Shown in pieces: positions 33,764-43,372 of a stretch of 49,767 bases of DNA. The stretch covers positions 1 to 49,767 of IMG/VR virus record IMGVR_UViG_3300024246_000008; one strand, given 5' to 3'. Numbering within the stretch: the first letter of the stretch is position 1; every line of letters starts with the position of its first letter. Source of the stretch: a virus (Duplodnaviria > Caudoviricetes). The notes beneath the pieces were generated by a model, which saw nothing but the letters and a program-made list of their open reading frames with translations, was not told where the DNA came from and did no database searches. Position numbers and translations under genes: made by a program.

Positions 33764-34146
33764 GACGCGCTCGGGAGGAGCATCTCGGAGCGGCCGGTGC
33801 GGTGCGATACCCAGATGCAGCGGCCTCGGTCTGTGCGTTCCGCTCCGCGGTCCTCGCTCTCGCGCTCGAAGGGCGGCGGATCCTCGGGGAGCTGCTCGCC
33901 GTGGTCGGCGACCTCGGTGAACAGCAGCGAGCTGTCCCACACCAGGGTGACTTCTAGGAGGGCGTTCGCCCCGTGCCCGAGTATCCATTCGACGAGTTCT
34001 CTCAGACCCGCGCACGTCTGCTCAGCGAGGTCTGAGATGCCCCAGTCATCAAGTACGGCGCGCGCAAACAATGTCGCGTTGATCGGAGCTGAGGCATCGG
34101 CGACCAATTGCATGAAGCGGATCCGCGCATCCAACTGCACAGTCAT
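33760..34146 (-). CDS. Degenerate HATPase_c/anti-sigma-like protein
   Basis: ATLFARAVLDDWGISDLAEQ...ELVEWILGHG (Asn absent)...TEVADHG...GRCIW. Confidence 0.6.
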   Translation of the reverse strand: MTVQLDARIRFMQLVADASAPINATLFARAVLDDWGISDLAEQTCAGLRELVEWILGHGANALLEVTLVWDSSLLFTEVADHGEQLPEDPPPFERESEDRGAERTDRGRCIWVSHRTGRSEMLLPSAS

Positions 34147-34208
34147 TATTTCCCTCCGGCGGACGGTCTACCGGAAACGTAACGACCGGCTGTGAACTGC
34201 GACGAGGG

Positions 34209-35084
34209 CTATGCACGCTCCCGAATAAACTGACCGGACATCGCCGTGTACTCGGCGGCAGCGCCGCGTAGGAACGCCGCCGCGTCGGCGCCGGTCAGCG
34301 CGCGCCGCAGGAATTGTTCGAATAGGTCGTCGTGGTAGGCGACGTCCTGTGGATCGTGCAGCACTACTTCGCCGCTGAAAAGCTCGCAGGTGACGAACCT
34401 GTCGTCGTACAAGACGAAGGTATTGAGTGCCATCACGGGCCACGGCGCAGCGAAGGGTACTACGGCGACTTCAACGTTGTGCGAGCAGGCGATATCCGCC
34501 ATGTGGCCACATTGGGCGGCCATCACATCGAGGGGCGCGACGCGCGCGCGGATCGCCGTCTCGGTCATTAGGAACACCCATCGGCGCGCGGGATCCTGCA
34601 GCGCGTCCTGCCGGGTCATCTTCGCGTCGATCACCGCCCGGAACGAGCCCGCCGGGACGGTTCCCAGCGCGGCGAGGGTCGCCTCCGCGTATGGGCGCGT
34701 ATGTAGCAGGCCGGTGGGCACTGCGGGAAGGAAGTGGCGTATCAAGCGGCCGTTGCGCTCGAAGCTCGCGAGCTCGGCCTGCTTGTGTTCCATGCCGCGC
34801 TGCCGGTCAGCGCGCACCGCGCGATACTCCCGGCTGGCCATCCGGGCCAATGCGAGTAGCCGTGCGCGCGTCTCTGCGTCAGCCGAGTAGGCGCTCAGCA
34901 ACGCCTCGATGTCCGCCGGCGTAGGCAGCGTGCGGCCCGTCTCGATCCGGGAGACCCTGGACTGGGACATGAGCGCACGCTCGCCGGCGCGCTCGCCTGA
35001 AAGCCGCAAGCCCTCGCGCAGATCACGGAGGGCTCGGGCGAGATCCTGCCGGGCGCGTGAGCCCGGGTCAGGGACGTTGGTCAT
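34209..35084 (-). CDS. XRE HTH plus DUF5753 (WhiJ/Scr1-like) regulator
   Basis: ATG 35084; LRDLREGLRLSGERAG...MSQSRVSRIETG; VPTGLLHTRPYA, FLMTETAIR, FVLYDDRFVTCEL, YHDDLFE. Confidence 0.85.
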   Translation of the reverse strand: MTNVPDPGSRARQDLARALRDLREGLRLSGERAGERALMSQSRVSRIETGRTLPTPADIEALLSAYSADAETRARLLALARMASREYRAVRADRQRGMEHKQAELASFERNGRLIRHFLPAVPTGLLHTRPYAEATLAALGTVPAGSFRAVIDAKMTRQDALQDPARRWVFLMTETAIRARVAPLDVMAAQCGHMADIACSHNVEVAVVPFAAPWPVMALNTFVLYDDRFVTCELFSGEVVLHDPQDVAYHDDLFEQFLRRALTGADAAAFLRGAAAEYTAMSGQFIRERA

Positions 35085-35592
35085 CCGGCCGGTAGTCGGA
35101 GAACGGGACGGCCGCCGCAAGCGCCAGATCGCGATAGCGGATGAACTCGGCCGGGTCGACGTCGAGCAGCTCGCGGCCGATTTGCGTTCCGTCGTCCTCA
35201 TAGAGCATCGCGACCACGGCCTTCTCGTCGAACAGCCAGAAGTCAGTGTCCGGTAATCCGGGGTCGGGAGTGCGGCTCAGGTCGAGGATGCGGATGTCCT
35301 CGCCAGCGCCCGCGTTACCGACGTATCCCCATTGGAATTCGAACCGCAGGTAGTCCGATAGCGGCTGTGTGACGACGTGAACGCGGCTCATGATCTTGCC
35401 TGCCGTGGTATTCGCCCGGATGGTGGCATGCCAATCGGCATTGTGCCCCTCAGGCATGGGCTCGCCGGCGAGGAACGCGGCGAACGAATCGTGCTCGGGT
35501 TCGACGAGGTACTGGGGGAGTAGTTCGAGGCGGAACGCAGAGTGCTGGAAATCCCGGAAGTAAGCCGCCCAGGCGTCACCTTTCAAGCGCAC
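35068..35592 (-). CDS. DUF6879-family protein
   Basis: FQHSAFRLELLPQY, RVHVVTQPLSDYLRFE, AGEDIRIL, DFWLFDE. Confidence 0.85.
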   Translation of the reverse strand: MRLKGDAWAAYFRDFQHSAFRLELLPQYLVEPEHDSFAAFLAGEPMPEGHNADWHATIRANTTAGKIMSRVHVVTQPLSDYLRFEFQWGYVGNAGAGEDIRILDLSRTPDPGLPDTDFWLFDEKAVVAMLYEDDGTQIGRELLDVDPAEFIRYRDLALAAAVPFSDYRPDDQRP

Positions 35593-35788
35593 GAGCTGCC
35601 TCCAACAGGATCTCGGCGGGGATCTCGACGCTGCCCTCGCCTTCGGGGACCTCGCGGTCGACCAGGTAGCCCTGCACGACGATCGACCCGGTCTCCGTGG
35701 TGTAGACCGTCGGGCAGTCCCCGGATCCGCACGGCGGATCGTCGTCGTCCCCGTTCGAGCACGTGCTGGCGATAAGCGTCAGCTCCAT
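35576..35788 (-). CDS. Small CxxGxCP protein, usual DUF6879 partner
   Basis: ATG 35788 after GGAGG; CGSGDCPTVY...VVQGY...VPEGEGSVEIPAEIL. Confidence 0.75.
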   Translation of the reverse strand: MELTLIASTCSNGDDDDPPCGSGDCPTVYTTETGSIVVQGYLVDREVPEGEGSVEIPAEILLEAARALER

Positions 35789-35906
35789 GATTCCTCCCTG
35801 AGGTGATGCCGAAGACGCTAGGCAGCACTCGGGGACCACGCAAGGATCGGACGCGGCTCAGTCACGCTTCTGCATAAACGCTGTTCGCGCACCTATCCTT
35901 GTGATC

Positions 35907-36179
35907 ATGGCTGAGGAGACGGTGCGGTTCGAGCACGACGGCACGGTGTGGGAGATCCCGGCCGGCCTGGTCGAACTGCAGCGCTCATGGTTCGCCGCGG
36001 ACGCCGCGGTGCACGCCCTGGCCGAGGGCGAGGACGCCGACGGGCTGCGCCTGGCGCGCGAGCACCGCCTCGAGCTGACGATGGCTCTGCACGACGACCC
36101 GTGGCTGCTGCAGGCGATGGCGGACGGCCGGCGGCATCAGGCGGACATGGCGCTGAAAGCCTGCGCGCGTAGCCGCTAG
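35907..36179 (+). CDS. Hypothetical helical protein
   Basis: IPAGLVELQRSWFAADAAV...HDDPWL...ALKACAR. Confidence 0.55.
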   Translation: MAEETVRFEHDGTVWEIPAGLVELQRSWFAADAAVHALAEGEDADGLRLAREHRLELTMALHDDPWLLQAMADGRRHQADMALKACARSR

Positions 36180-36512
36180 CTAGTCCAGCGGGCGCCGCGA
36201 CTGCCATTCCTGCAGGTCGCGTGCGTCCACGCTGACCGGCAGCAACGCGCCGGGGTCGTAGGAGTACCAGGTTTCCTGGTCGCGCCAGACGTCGCGTCGC
36301 GTCCGCAACATAACGAACCAGGACCCGTATTCGTGGTACCAAGCGATCACCCACGCCGGAGCCCAGCTCTCGCCGTCCCAGTAGACGGCAGCGGTGCGCG
36401 CGGAGCGCACGCGCTCCCTCGTGAACGCGGCTACTTCGACTCGTGAGATGCGTACCAGAGCACGCGGCGGCTGATAGCCGGCCCCCCTGTCGGCGGGTTG
36501 CTCTGGTGGCAC
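36180..36512 (-). CDS. Hypothetical Trp-rich protein
   Basis: AAVYWDGESWAPAWVIAW...WYSYDP; convergent with the previous gene. Confidence 0.45.
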   Translation of the reverse strand: MPPEQPADRGAGYQPPRALVRISRVEVAAFTRERVRSARTAAVYWDGESWAPAWVIAWYHEYGSWFVMLRTRRDVWRDQETWYSYDPGALLPVSVDARDLQEWQSRRPLD

Positions 36513-36692
36513 CCCTTCAACGTATCGAACGAAGGTTCGACGATGTCAAGCGGTCGCGAGTCCCTGGCGCGCCCTGGCGCGCGCCATTCGCGCCCGCCGA
36601 CCGGTCACGGTCCGGTGACGGTGCCATCGGCTGCCCGGCGGCGCGCCTACGCTCGCGGTTCTGTCACAGCACATCGAATCCAGGGGTGGATC

Positions 36693-37304
36693 ATGCAGGA
36701 GCGCGGGGAACCGCAACAGGAGCAGTGGGCGCAGCCGGGCAGTCTGCAGCCGCCGCCGCCCGGGTACGGCTATCAGGCGCCCGCGCCGACCGGAGCGCCG
36801 GCGAAGCCGCGATCGAAGTGGCGCACGCCGCTGATCGCCCTGGTCTCGCTCGGGGTCGGGATCGCGATCGGCGCGGCCGCCAACGGCTCGAAGGCGTCCC
36901 CGTCCACCACGGGCGCCGCCGGGTCGGCCTCGGCGAGCGCCGCGCCGTCCAGCTCCGCGGCCGCGGCCGCGCAGACCTCGGCCGCGGCGCCGGCGGCTCC
37001 CGCCGCGCCGGCGAAGCACGTGGTGCTCACCGTCTCGGGCAACGGGATCAAGTCCACGAAGCAGTTCGCGGTCGGCGGCGACTGGTCGCTGAAGTACTCC
37101 TACGACTGCACTTCGTTCGGGTCGCAGGGCAATTTCCAGGTCTCCGAGCAGGGCGGCAGCAACGACGGCCTGCCTCTGGTCAACGAGCTGGGAAAGAAGG
37201 GCTCTGACGTCACCTACCAGCACTCCGACGCGGGCACGCACTCGCTGTCGGTCAACTCGGAGTGCTCCTGGACGGTGACCGTCACCGACGGCGACGCCGG
37301 GTAG
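36693..37304 (+). CDS. Membrane-anchored surface protein (moron)
   Basis: ATG 36693; Pro-rich N-terminus, TM WRTPLIALVSLGVGIAIGAAA, Ala/Ser linker, beta domain LTVSGNGIKST...YDC...NSECSWTV. Confidence 0.7.
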   Translation: MQERGEPQQEQWAQPGSLQPPPPGYGYQAPAPTGAPAKPRSKWRTPLIALVSLGVGIAIGAAANGSKASPSTTGAAGSASASAAPSSSAAAAAQTSAAAPAAPAAPAKHVVLTVSGNGIKSTKQFAVGGDWSLKYSYDCTSFGSQGNFQVSEQGGSNDGLPLVNELGKKGSDVTYQHSDAGTHSLSVNSECSWTVTVTDGDAG

Positions 37305-37351
37305 AGAGCGAATCGCGATTCACGAATCGTGAATCGTCCCCTGAACGCAGG

Positions 37352-37395
37352 GAAGCCGCCACCGATGCTCTCCGGAGAGCATCGGTGGCGGCTTC
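37352..37395. terminator. Perfect 44-bp palindrome between convergent genes (bidirectional terminator)
   Basis: GAAGCCGCCACCGATGCTCTCC/GGAGAGCATCGGTGGCGGCTTC. Confidence 0.7.
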
Positions 37396-37412
37396 TATCT
37401 GGGGGTTTGATC

Positions 37413-37946
37413 TCAGGGCAGCGCGATGGCCGCGTGCAGGCCGAGCAGGGTGAGGTGCGCGGTCAGGGTGGGGAACGGCGGGCCGGCCGGGATGGCGACG
37501 GCGGCGCGGACGGTGATCAGGGGTGTGGTGCGCGGCGGGACGCTGACCGCGGCGGTCAGCGCCACCAGCAGCGGTGTGGCCGGCGGCGTACTGGGCGCCC
37601 CGGTCGGCGCCGGGCTGGGCGAGGTCGACGGGGAGAGCGTGGCGGTCGGGCTCGGCCCTGGCCTGCGCGAGGGTGACGCGGGCGGCCGCGCGGTCGGCCT
37701 GGTGGACGCGGCGATCGGGAGCGCGCCAGCGCCCGGCCCGGCCGTTGGCGAGGTCGACGGCGGTCCGGAGCGCGGCGAGGTCGCGGTGACGGTCACGGCG
37801 GGCGCCGGCGGCCGCAGTTCGATGATCTGCGCGGCGGGATGGTGCAGCGCCACGTAGAACAGCAGCGCGAACAGTGCGGCGCCGATCGCTGACCATGCGG
37901 GCGTCCAGCCGACGGGTGGTTTCAGTGCCCTGCTATCTGCACCCAT
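37413..37946 (-). CDS. Membrane-anchored Pro/Thr-rich lysis-cassette protein
   Basis: TM AWSAIGAALFALLFYVAL then Pro/Ser/Thr-rich region; start uncertain. Confidence 0.45.
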   Translation of the reverse strand: MGADSRALKPPVGWTPAWSAIGAALFALLFYVALHHPAAQIIELRPPAPAVTVTATSPRSGPPSTSPTAGPGAGALPIAASTRPTARPPASPSRRPGPSPTATLSPSTSPSPAPTGAPSTPPATPLLVALTAAVSVPPRTTPLITVRAAVAIPAGPPFPTLTAHLTLLGLHAAIALP

Positions 37947-38194
37947 AGAGCGATGGTGGCGACCGCCACGCCGGCCGTTACCACTAGCTGGCCCCATGTC
38001 CACTCCCGTCGGTGCTCTCGGCGTTCGTTGGCGGCCTGCAGGTCGGTGGCGCGCTGCGTGGCGATGGCCTTGATGTCGGCGTCGTGCTCGTCTTCGAGGT
38101 CGTCCACGCGCACGTCGATGTTGTCGCGCCACCGGTTGAGTTCCTCGCGGAACAGCTCGAACTCGAAGCGCCTGACCGGCTCGTTCTCACCCAA
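37922..38194 (-). CDS. Coiled-coil protein with C-terminal TM (lysis cassette)
   Basis: VRVDDLEDEH...WTWGQLVVTAGVAVATIALWV. Confidence 0.6.
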   Translation of the reverse strand: MGENEPVRRFEFELFREELNRWRDNIDVRVDDLEDEHDADIKAIATQRATDLQAANERREHRREWTWGQLVVTAGVAVATIALWVQIAGH

Positions 38195-38234
38195 CTCACC
38201 CTCGCTTTCCGGGTCGCCGGGACGGTGCGGTGGT

Positions 38235-38537
38235 TCAGCCGGTCTGCGGCGTGCGCTGCTCGTCGAGCGTGGCGTCGGTCTTCGCGTCGGCGACTGCCTG
38301 GAGTACGTCCTTGGCGGGCAGCGTCTTGCGCCACTGCCGGTAGGCCACGTGCGCCGTGCCGAGCAGCAGCGCGAACAGGTCCGACCAGCCCGTCACGGTC
38401 GCGCCGCCGCGCACCTGCAGCCACAGCGCCGCGGCGAAGGTCACCGCGAACCGGCCGGCCTGCGCCGGGGCGTGGTACTCCTTCAGCAGCGCGCTGACGC
38501 CGAGGTGCACCTCGGTCAGGGCCTGGTGGGCGTTCAC
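38235..38537 (-). CDS. Putative holin
   Basis: GTG 38537; two hydrophobic segments; directly after the endolysin. Confidence 0.55.
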   Translation of the reverse strand: MNAHQALTEVHLGVSALLKEYHAPAQAGRFAVTFAAALWLQVRGGATVTGWSDLFALLLGTAHVAYRQWRKTLPAKDVLQAVADAKTDATLDEQRTPQTG

Positions 38538-38538
38538 C

Positions 38539-39411
38539 TCAGGCCGTCGGGGTGACGGTGAAGGACTTCGGGAGCGCGAGGGTGACCGTCGGCGCCTTGA
38601 GCGCCTCGGCGCCGGCCAGGATCGCGGCGTGCTCGGCGGCACTGATCGTAGCGCGCGGCACACCGGCCTTGACGTAGTTCGCGAGCGACGTCGGGTCGAC
38701 GACGTGCCAGTACAGCGAGCCGGACAGGGCCCAGACCTCGGGGCTGCCGATGATGTCGTGCAGGATCATGTCGCTCTCCAGGGGGATGGCCGTCGGGGCG
38801 GCTGGGGTTGTCGGAGCGAGTCGGCCGGGCATCCACTGGCCGAAAAACGCCACCAGGGCCGTGTCGAGGTCCACTTGGACGCCGTCGATGGTGGCGGACC
38901 CGGTCTGGATCAGGTCGCAGTACGCGGTCGAGGCGCCGCCGGGCCATGCGGTGGACATGGAGCGCCAGCCGACGCGGATCGCGTCGTGCTGCTTGAGGTA
39001 GGCGATAAGGGCCTGCTCGGCGTAGGTGGCGTTCAGGTAGCCGCCGAGCGTCTGGGCCTCGGCGTTCGCGCCCTGGTAGTAGGCGAGGGCCTGCGGGAAG
39101 GCGCTGGCAGGGATCTGCTCGTCGGCCGACAACGCGACCGCGGCGCCGACGGGCATCCCGCGCGGGGTGTATTCGGCGATCGCGTGCGCCATGTCGGCCT
39201 GGCCGCCGGAGTATCCGCCGGTGAGCACCCGGGTGGTGGTGGTCTCGAAGTTGGTGAACGACCAGATCCCGACGGCGGCGTAGTCGGCCGGCCCTGAGGC
39301 CGGGCCGTCCTTGGTGCCGTCGAGGCTGGAGTACCAGGTGCGGAAGTCGAATCCGGCGGCCTTGGCCTGCGCGGGGGTGAGGCCTTCGCCCCACGTGTCG
39401 AAACCCTTCAT
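38539..39411 (-). CDS. Endolysin, DUF1906/GH25-like glycoside hydrolase
   Basis: ATG 39411; GFD...AKAAGFDF..WY...NFETT...GGYSGGQAD...ALSADE...Q...IDGVQVDLD. Confidence 0.75.
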   Translation of the reverse strand: MKGFDTWGEGLTPAQAKAAGFDFRTWYSSLDGTKDGPASGPADYAAVGIWSFTNFETTTTRVLTGGYSGGQADMAHAIAEYTPRGMPVGAAVALSADEQIPASAFPQALAYYQGANAEAQTLGGYLNATYAEQALIAYLKQHDAIRVGWRSMSTAWPGGASTAYCDLIQTGSATIDGVQVDLDTALVAFFGQWMPGRLAPTTPAAPTAIPLESDMILHDIIGSPEVWALSGSLYWHVVDPTSLANYVKAGVPRATISAAEHAAILAGAEALKAPTVTLALPKSFTVTPTA

Positions 39412-39434
39412 GCAGTTCCCTGATTCGCGGATGG

Positions 39435-40208
39435 TTAGGACTGGCGGCCGTAGGCCGTGAACACGGTGGCGGTGATCGATCCGCTGCCGCCGGTGATCTG
39501 CCCTTGCAGTTCGAGCTGCAGGGTGTCCATGTGGTTGCCGGGCACGGCGCCCTGGATTGCCCAGGCGACTCCGCCTGGGGCGCTGGTCACCGTGACGGCG
39601 GCGCCGATCTGCGTGCCCGTGCCGGCTTCCATCAGGCGCAGCTGTCCGGTCACGCCCGAGGGCGTGGTCGCGGCGCCTCCCATGTTGATCACCGGCTGCT
39701 GCTTGGGGACCGCGGCGAAGTAGAGGTTTGTCCAGGTGCCGGCGTTGGTGGATTGGCCGGCCGCGGTGTTGGCCGGGGCGACCGGGAACGAGATGTAGGG
39801 GCGTCCGATGCCCTGGCCGGCGACGGCGTCGTCGGTCCACAGGTCGTTGCCCTGGGCGTCGAACAGGCCGAGGGTCTGCGGCATCGCGCCTGCGGCGTTG
39901 AACATGGTCATCGCGGGTTCGCCGGGGGTGCCGTCGGCGTTCTGCCGGGTGAGGATGAACCCGTACTGGGGTGCGCCGCCGATCAGCCGGGTGGTCAGGC
40001 CGCCCGTGACCAGGATGAAGTTGCCGAAATCGTCCAGGACGTACAGGCCGCCGTCCGCGGTGACGTACAGACCGCCGGACCCGATCGTGGTGGCCTCGGC
40101 GCGTTTGGCGGCGCGCAGCTCGTCGATCTGCCGCTGCAGGTTCGCGAGCTTGCGGTTGATGCCGCCCGGGTCGAGCTGGTTGGCGATGCCGTTGGTTGCT
40201 GAGGGCAT
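39435..40208 (-). CDS. Minor tail protein
   Basis: ATG 40208; RKLANLQRQIDELRAA...WTDDAVAGQGIGRPYI. Confidence 0.7.
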   Translation of the reverse strand: MPSATNGIANQLDPGGINRKLANLQRQIDELRAAKRAEATTIGSGGLYVTADGGLYVLDDFGNFILVTGGLTTRLIGGAPQYGFILTRQNADGTPGEPAMTMFNAAGAMPQTLGLFDAQGNDLWTDDAVAGQGIGRPYISFPVAPANTAAGQSTNAGTWTNLYFAAVPKQQPVINMGGAATTPSGVTGQLRLMEAGTGTQIGAAVTVTSAPGGVAWAIQGAVPGNHMDTLQLELQGQITGGSGSITATVFTAYGRQS

Positions 40209-41353
40209 CAGGCTCTCCCTGCCAGCACGGGGGTGAGCTTCCCGGCCGTGAAATCGAGTGCCCAGCCCAGGGCGCGCAGCGTGACGTTCACGCCGTCGGG
40301 GTGGCCCGGGGATGTGCCCGAGTCGATCAGGAGCCCGACGTCGTCGCCCAGGCCCCAGTCGGTGCCGACCTGCGGGGCCGCCGCGGCGTTGGCGTCCAGG
40401 GTCCACACGCTCGTGCCGGTGCCCATCGTGGTGATGGCGGCCTGCGCGGCCGCGGTGAGCACGGCCGGGTCGACGGTGGCCTGGTTGGGTGTCCACCGGT
40501 AGTCCCATTGCGGCCAGCCCTGCGCGATCAGGACGCTGTCGACGTCCCCGGACGATGCCCGGGAGACGCCTTCGCCGTTGCCGTACGCGCGGGCGCGGGT
40601 CGCCCCCGAGCCGGCCTGGTAGTTCTCGCTCTGCACGTACGAGGTGACGCAGCCCGGCAGCTCGAACACGGCGTTGGGCGTGGCGCTGGCGACGCCGAGG
40701 CGGTGGCGCAGCCGCACGGTGAACGTGAACCCTGTCTTGGTCGTGTCCGTCCAGGACACGTCGACGGTGAACTCCGGCGACCCGGTCTGCATCAGCGAGG
40801 TGAGGGCGCTGAGGATGGTGGTGTCGTTGCTGTCGGCGTACGTCTCGGTGATCAGGGTTCCGCTGGCGGGGGCGTCGATGACCAGGCCGATGCCGTGCAC
40901 GGCGCAGTCGCCGATCAGGCCGGCGCCGACGACCGAGCATTCGTCGACGCCGGTCCAGGTGTGGTCGGTGGCGTAGCGCCGGTCGAGATAGGCCTCCGGG
41001 GTGACCAGGGAGAGCGTGGAGGCCCGCATGCTGCCGCGGGTGCGCCCGATGTTCAGGCCGGCCCAGATCGGGTTGTCGCCCACGGCGCAGACGACCACGG
41101 TGCGGCCCGGCTCGGTGTCCTCGATCCAGCCCGTCGGAGCACCGAAGAGGTCCAGGTCCATGCTGGTGGACATCGCCTGGCCCATGACGCGGCTGATCGG
41201 TGATGCGGTGAGCGGCAGCTCGTCGAGCAGCGCCCCGGTGGCGGCGTCGGCGGCGTACCAGACCGGGACGAGCGGCGGCAGGTCGGTGCGCGCCAGCGCG
41301 GGTCGGCCGCCGACGGCCGGGAGCGCGAGCGGCCCGGGGACGGCGCCGGTCAC
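40208..41353 (-). CDS. Minor tail/baseplate hub protein
   Basis: GTG 41353; ADAATGALLDELP, PIWAG, VFELPGCV, DWGLGDDV. Confidence 0.72.
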   Translation of the reverse strand: MTGAVPGPLALPAVGGRPALARTDLPPLVPVWYAADAATGALLDELPLTASPISRVMGQAMSTSMDLDLFGAPTGWIEDTEPGRTVVVCAVGDNPIWAGLNIGRTRGSMRASTLSLVTPEAYLDRRYATDHTWTGVDECSVVGAGLIGDCAVHGIGLVIDAPASGTLITETYADSNDTTILSALTSLMQTGSPEFTVDVSWTDTTKTGFTFTVRLRHRLGVASATPNAVFELPGCVTSYVQSENYQAGSGATRARAYGNGEGVSRASSGDVDSVLIAQGWPQWDYRWTPNQATVDPAVLTAAAQAAITTMGTGTSVWTLDANAAAAPQVGTDWGLGDDVGLLIDSGTSPGHPDGVNVTLRALGWALDFTAGKLTPVLAGRA

Positions 41354-42471
41354 AGGCCGATGTCCTCGACGATCAGGTACCGGCCCAGGACGCCGGTGTC
41401 GTGGGAGACGCTGATCGGGGTGAACACGCCCGTGCCGCCGGTGCGCTGGGCGAAGAACGCCAGGGTGTGCGTCCCGGTGCCGCCCCCGCCGATGACCAGT
41501 TCGCCGACGACCCGTATCGATAGGCGCCCGGGGATGCCCGAGGCGGTCGGATGGTACGGGGCCTGCGCCACCAGCGTGCTGGACGCCGTGGGCGAGGATG
41601 CGCCTCCGTCGCGGATGTTGAGCAGGAACGTGTCGCCGGCCACGGTGGCGTTGGCGACCAGGCCGCTGAGCGCGATGCGGTAGCGGCGCCCGGCGACCAG
41701 TTGCACGGAGAAGTCGCCGAGCACGGCGTCTTTGGTTTCCACGGTGCTGTTGGGCGTCGGGGTGCCGTCCGCGGTGACAGTGGCCTGCTGTCCGACGGTG
41801 CCGCGCGGATAGGAGTCCGGGACGATCGCGTCCCACGCGGCGCCGTCCCAGATCTCCAGGGGCCCTGGCTGGACGGTGGGGGCGCGGTCGCCGCGCCAGC
41901 GCACCTGGCCGGTCTCCGGGCTGCCGGGCGAGGTGGTGACGAACGAGGGGACGATGCCGCCGGACGCCGCGGTGTAGGGCATCTTTCCGACCTGCGTGAG
42001 CGCCGGGGACCCGGTGTGCGGCACGGAGACGGTGCAGATCTGGAATCCGGCCTGCCCAGCCGGGATCGTGGGCGCGACGGGGCTGCCGGCGGGGGTCCCG
42101 GTCAGATACACCAGGTCGGCCTGCGTCAGCCCGGAGGCGTCGACCTCGTTGTCCCACACGCGCAGGTAGACCAGGTCGATGCGGTCCTGGGTGTTGGGCG
42201 CGGCGAGGGCCTGGGTCCAGGTGGTGGGCATCGCGGTGCGGTACGCGCCCTGCGTCGAGGTGGTGGCGCCCTGCACCACCGCGCGCCCGGGCCCCACCGA
42301 CACGGTGGTGCCGGCGAGCGACGCCGCGAACGAGTCCACGCTCAATGCGCCGGAGCGCGCCGCGATCGGCCCGCTGGAGACGAACAGGCCGGAGTCGGCC
42401 AGCCGCCAGGTTCCGGCCGAGTAGGCCGGGGACCCGGAGACGGCGTCGGCCATCAACGCTGTGAACGTCAT
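41350..42471 (-). CDS. Minor tail protein
   Basis: VSVGPGRAVVQG...DRIDLVYLRVWDNEVDASG...GTPAGSPVAP. Confidence 0.75.
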   Translation of the reverse strand: MTFTALMADAVSGSPAYSAGTWRLADSGLFVSSGPIAARSGALSVDSFAASLAGTTVSVGPGRAVVQGATTSTQGAYRTAMPTTWTQALAAPNTQDRIDLVYLRVWDNEVDASGLTQADLVYLTGTPAGSPVAPTIPAGQAGFQICTVSVPHTGSPALTQVGKMPYTAASGGIVPSFVTTSPGSPETGQVRWRGDRAPTVQPGPLEIWDGAAWDAIVPDSYPRGTVGQQATVTADGTPTPNSTVETKDAVLGDFSVQLVAGRRYRIALSGLVANATVAGDTFLLNIRDGGASSPTASSTLVAQAPYHPTASGIPGRLSIRVVGELVIGGGGTGTHTLAFFAQRTGGTGVFTPISVSHDTGVLGRYLIVEDIGL

Positions 42472-42475
42472 CGGG

Positions 42476-43345
42476 TCACTCCCATGCGTCGGTCCAGCTC
42501 GCGGTCAGGGTCGGTGCGCCGGTCGTGGAGGCGGCGTTGAAGTCCAGGGCACACGCGTCCGGTGTGGCTCCCGGCGGTATCTCCGGCCAGCCCCCTGTGA
42601 CGGTCAGCAGGCCGCGCCTTGAGGCGGTGCCGTCGAGGATCGCGGTGTGCCGGTCGCAGTCCAGGTCGAGGAAGTCCAGGGCGCCGAGCGTCCCGTTGTA
42701 GGTGAGCTGCTGCACGGAGCCGTCCGGGCGCTGCAGGGTGACCAGGGGTGTGACGCAGGGCCCGGTGATGCGCAGCAGCGGACGCGACCCGATGTTGCCG
42801 AGGTTGCCGACCGGGATCGATCCGGAGCTGACGGTCGCGCTGAACACCGCCGGGAAGGTGACCGGGAAGGTCAGGCCGCCGGTGATGGAGGGCAGCTGGC
42901 AGCTGGCGGAGTAGCCGGCGGTGGCGTACAGCCGCGGGTCCGGCGCGATCAGCGACACGGACACGTCTGCGGTGTTGCCGTACGCGGTGGCGAGGGTGGC
43001 GGCCTGCCGGTAGACGGTCGCGGTGCGGTCGTACGAGTCCTGCTGTACCCGCAGGGTGGTGGCGGCGAGGGTGGCGGCGGCTTTGAGGGTCTCGACGGCC
43101 TGCTCGCGCAGGGTCTTGCTGGGTGCGTGGATGGTGACCGCGAGGGGCAGCTGGCGCGGCGCGAGATATGAGGCTGAGGGGTAGCCGCCGTGGTCCGCCT
43201 GGCGTTGGGTGACCTGCTGGGTCGAGTCCGGGGACCCGGCCCAGCCGTCGTTCGCGGTCACCACCCACTCGACGCCCTGGTCGTCGATGACGTTCAGGGC
43301 CAGGTCGCCGAGCCAGGTCGGGTCGCCGGCCAGGGGTGTGGGCAC
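42476..43345 (-). CDS. Distal tail (Dit-like) protein
   Basis: GWAGSP...RQADHGG, LIAPDPRLY, N.G...RPLLRITGP; directly after the tape measure. Confidence 0.78.
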   Translation of the reverse strand: MPTPLAGDPTWLGDLALNVIDDQGVEWVVTANDGWAGSPDSTQQVTQRQADHGGYPSASYLAPRQLPLAVTIHAPSKTLREQAVETLKAAATLAATTLRVQQDSYDRTATVYRQAATLATAYGNTADVSVSLIAPDPRLYATAGYSASCQLPSITGGLTFPVTFPAVFSATVSSGSIPVGNLGNIGSRPLLRITGPCVTPLVTLQRPDGSVQQLTYNGTLGALDFLDLDCDRHTAILDGTASRRGLLTVTGGWPEIPPGATPDACALDFNAASTTGAPTLTASWTDAWE

Positions 43346-43372
43346 GTGGCCTCCCAGCTCGTGGTGGTCGGG

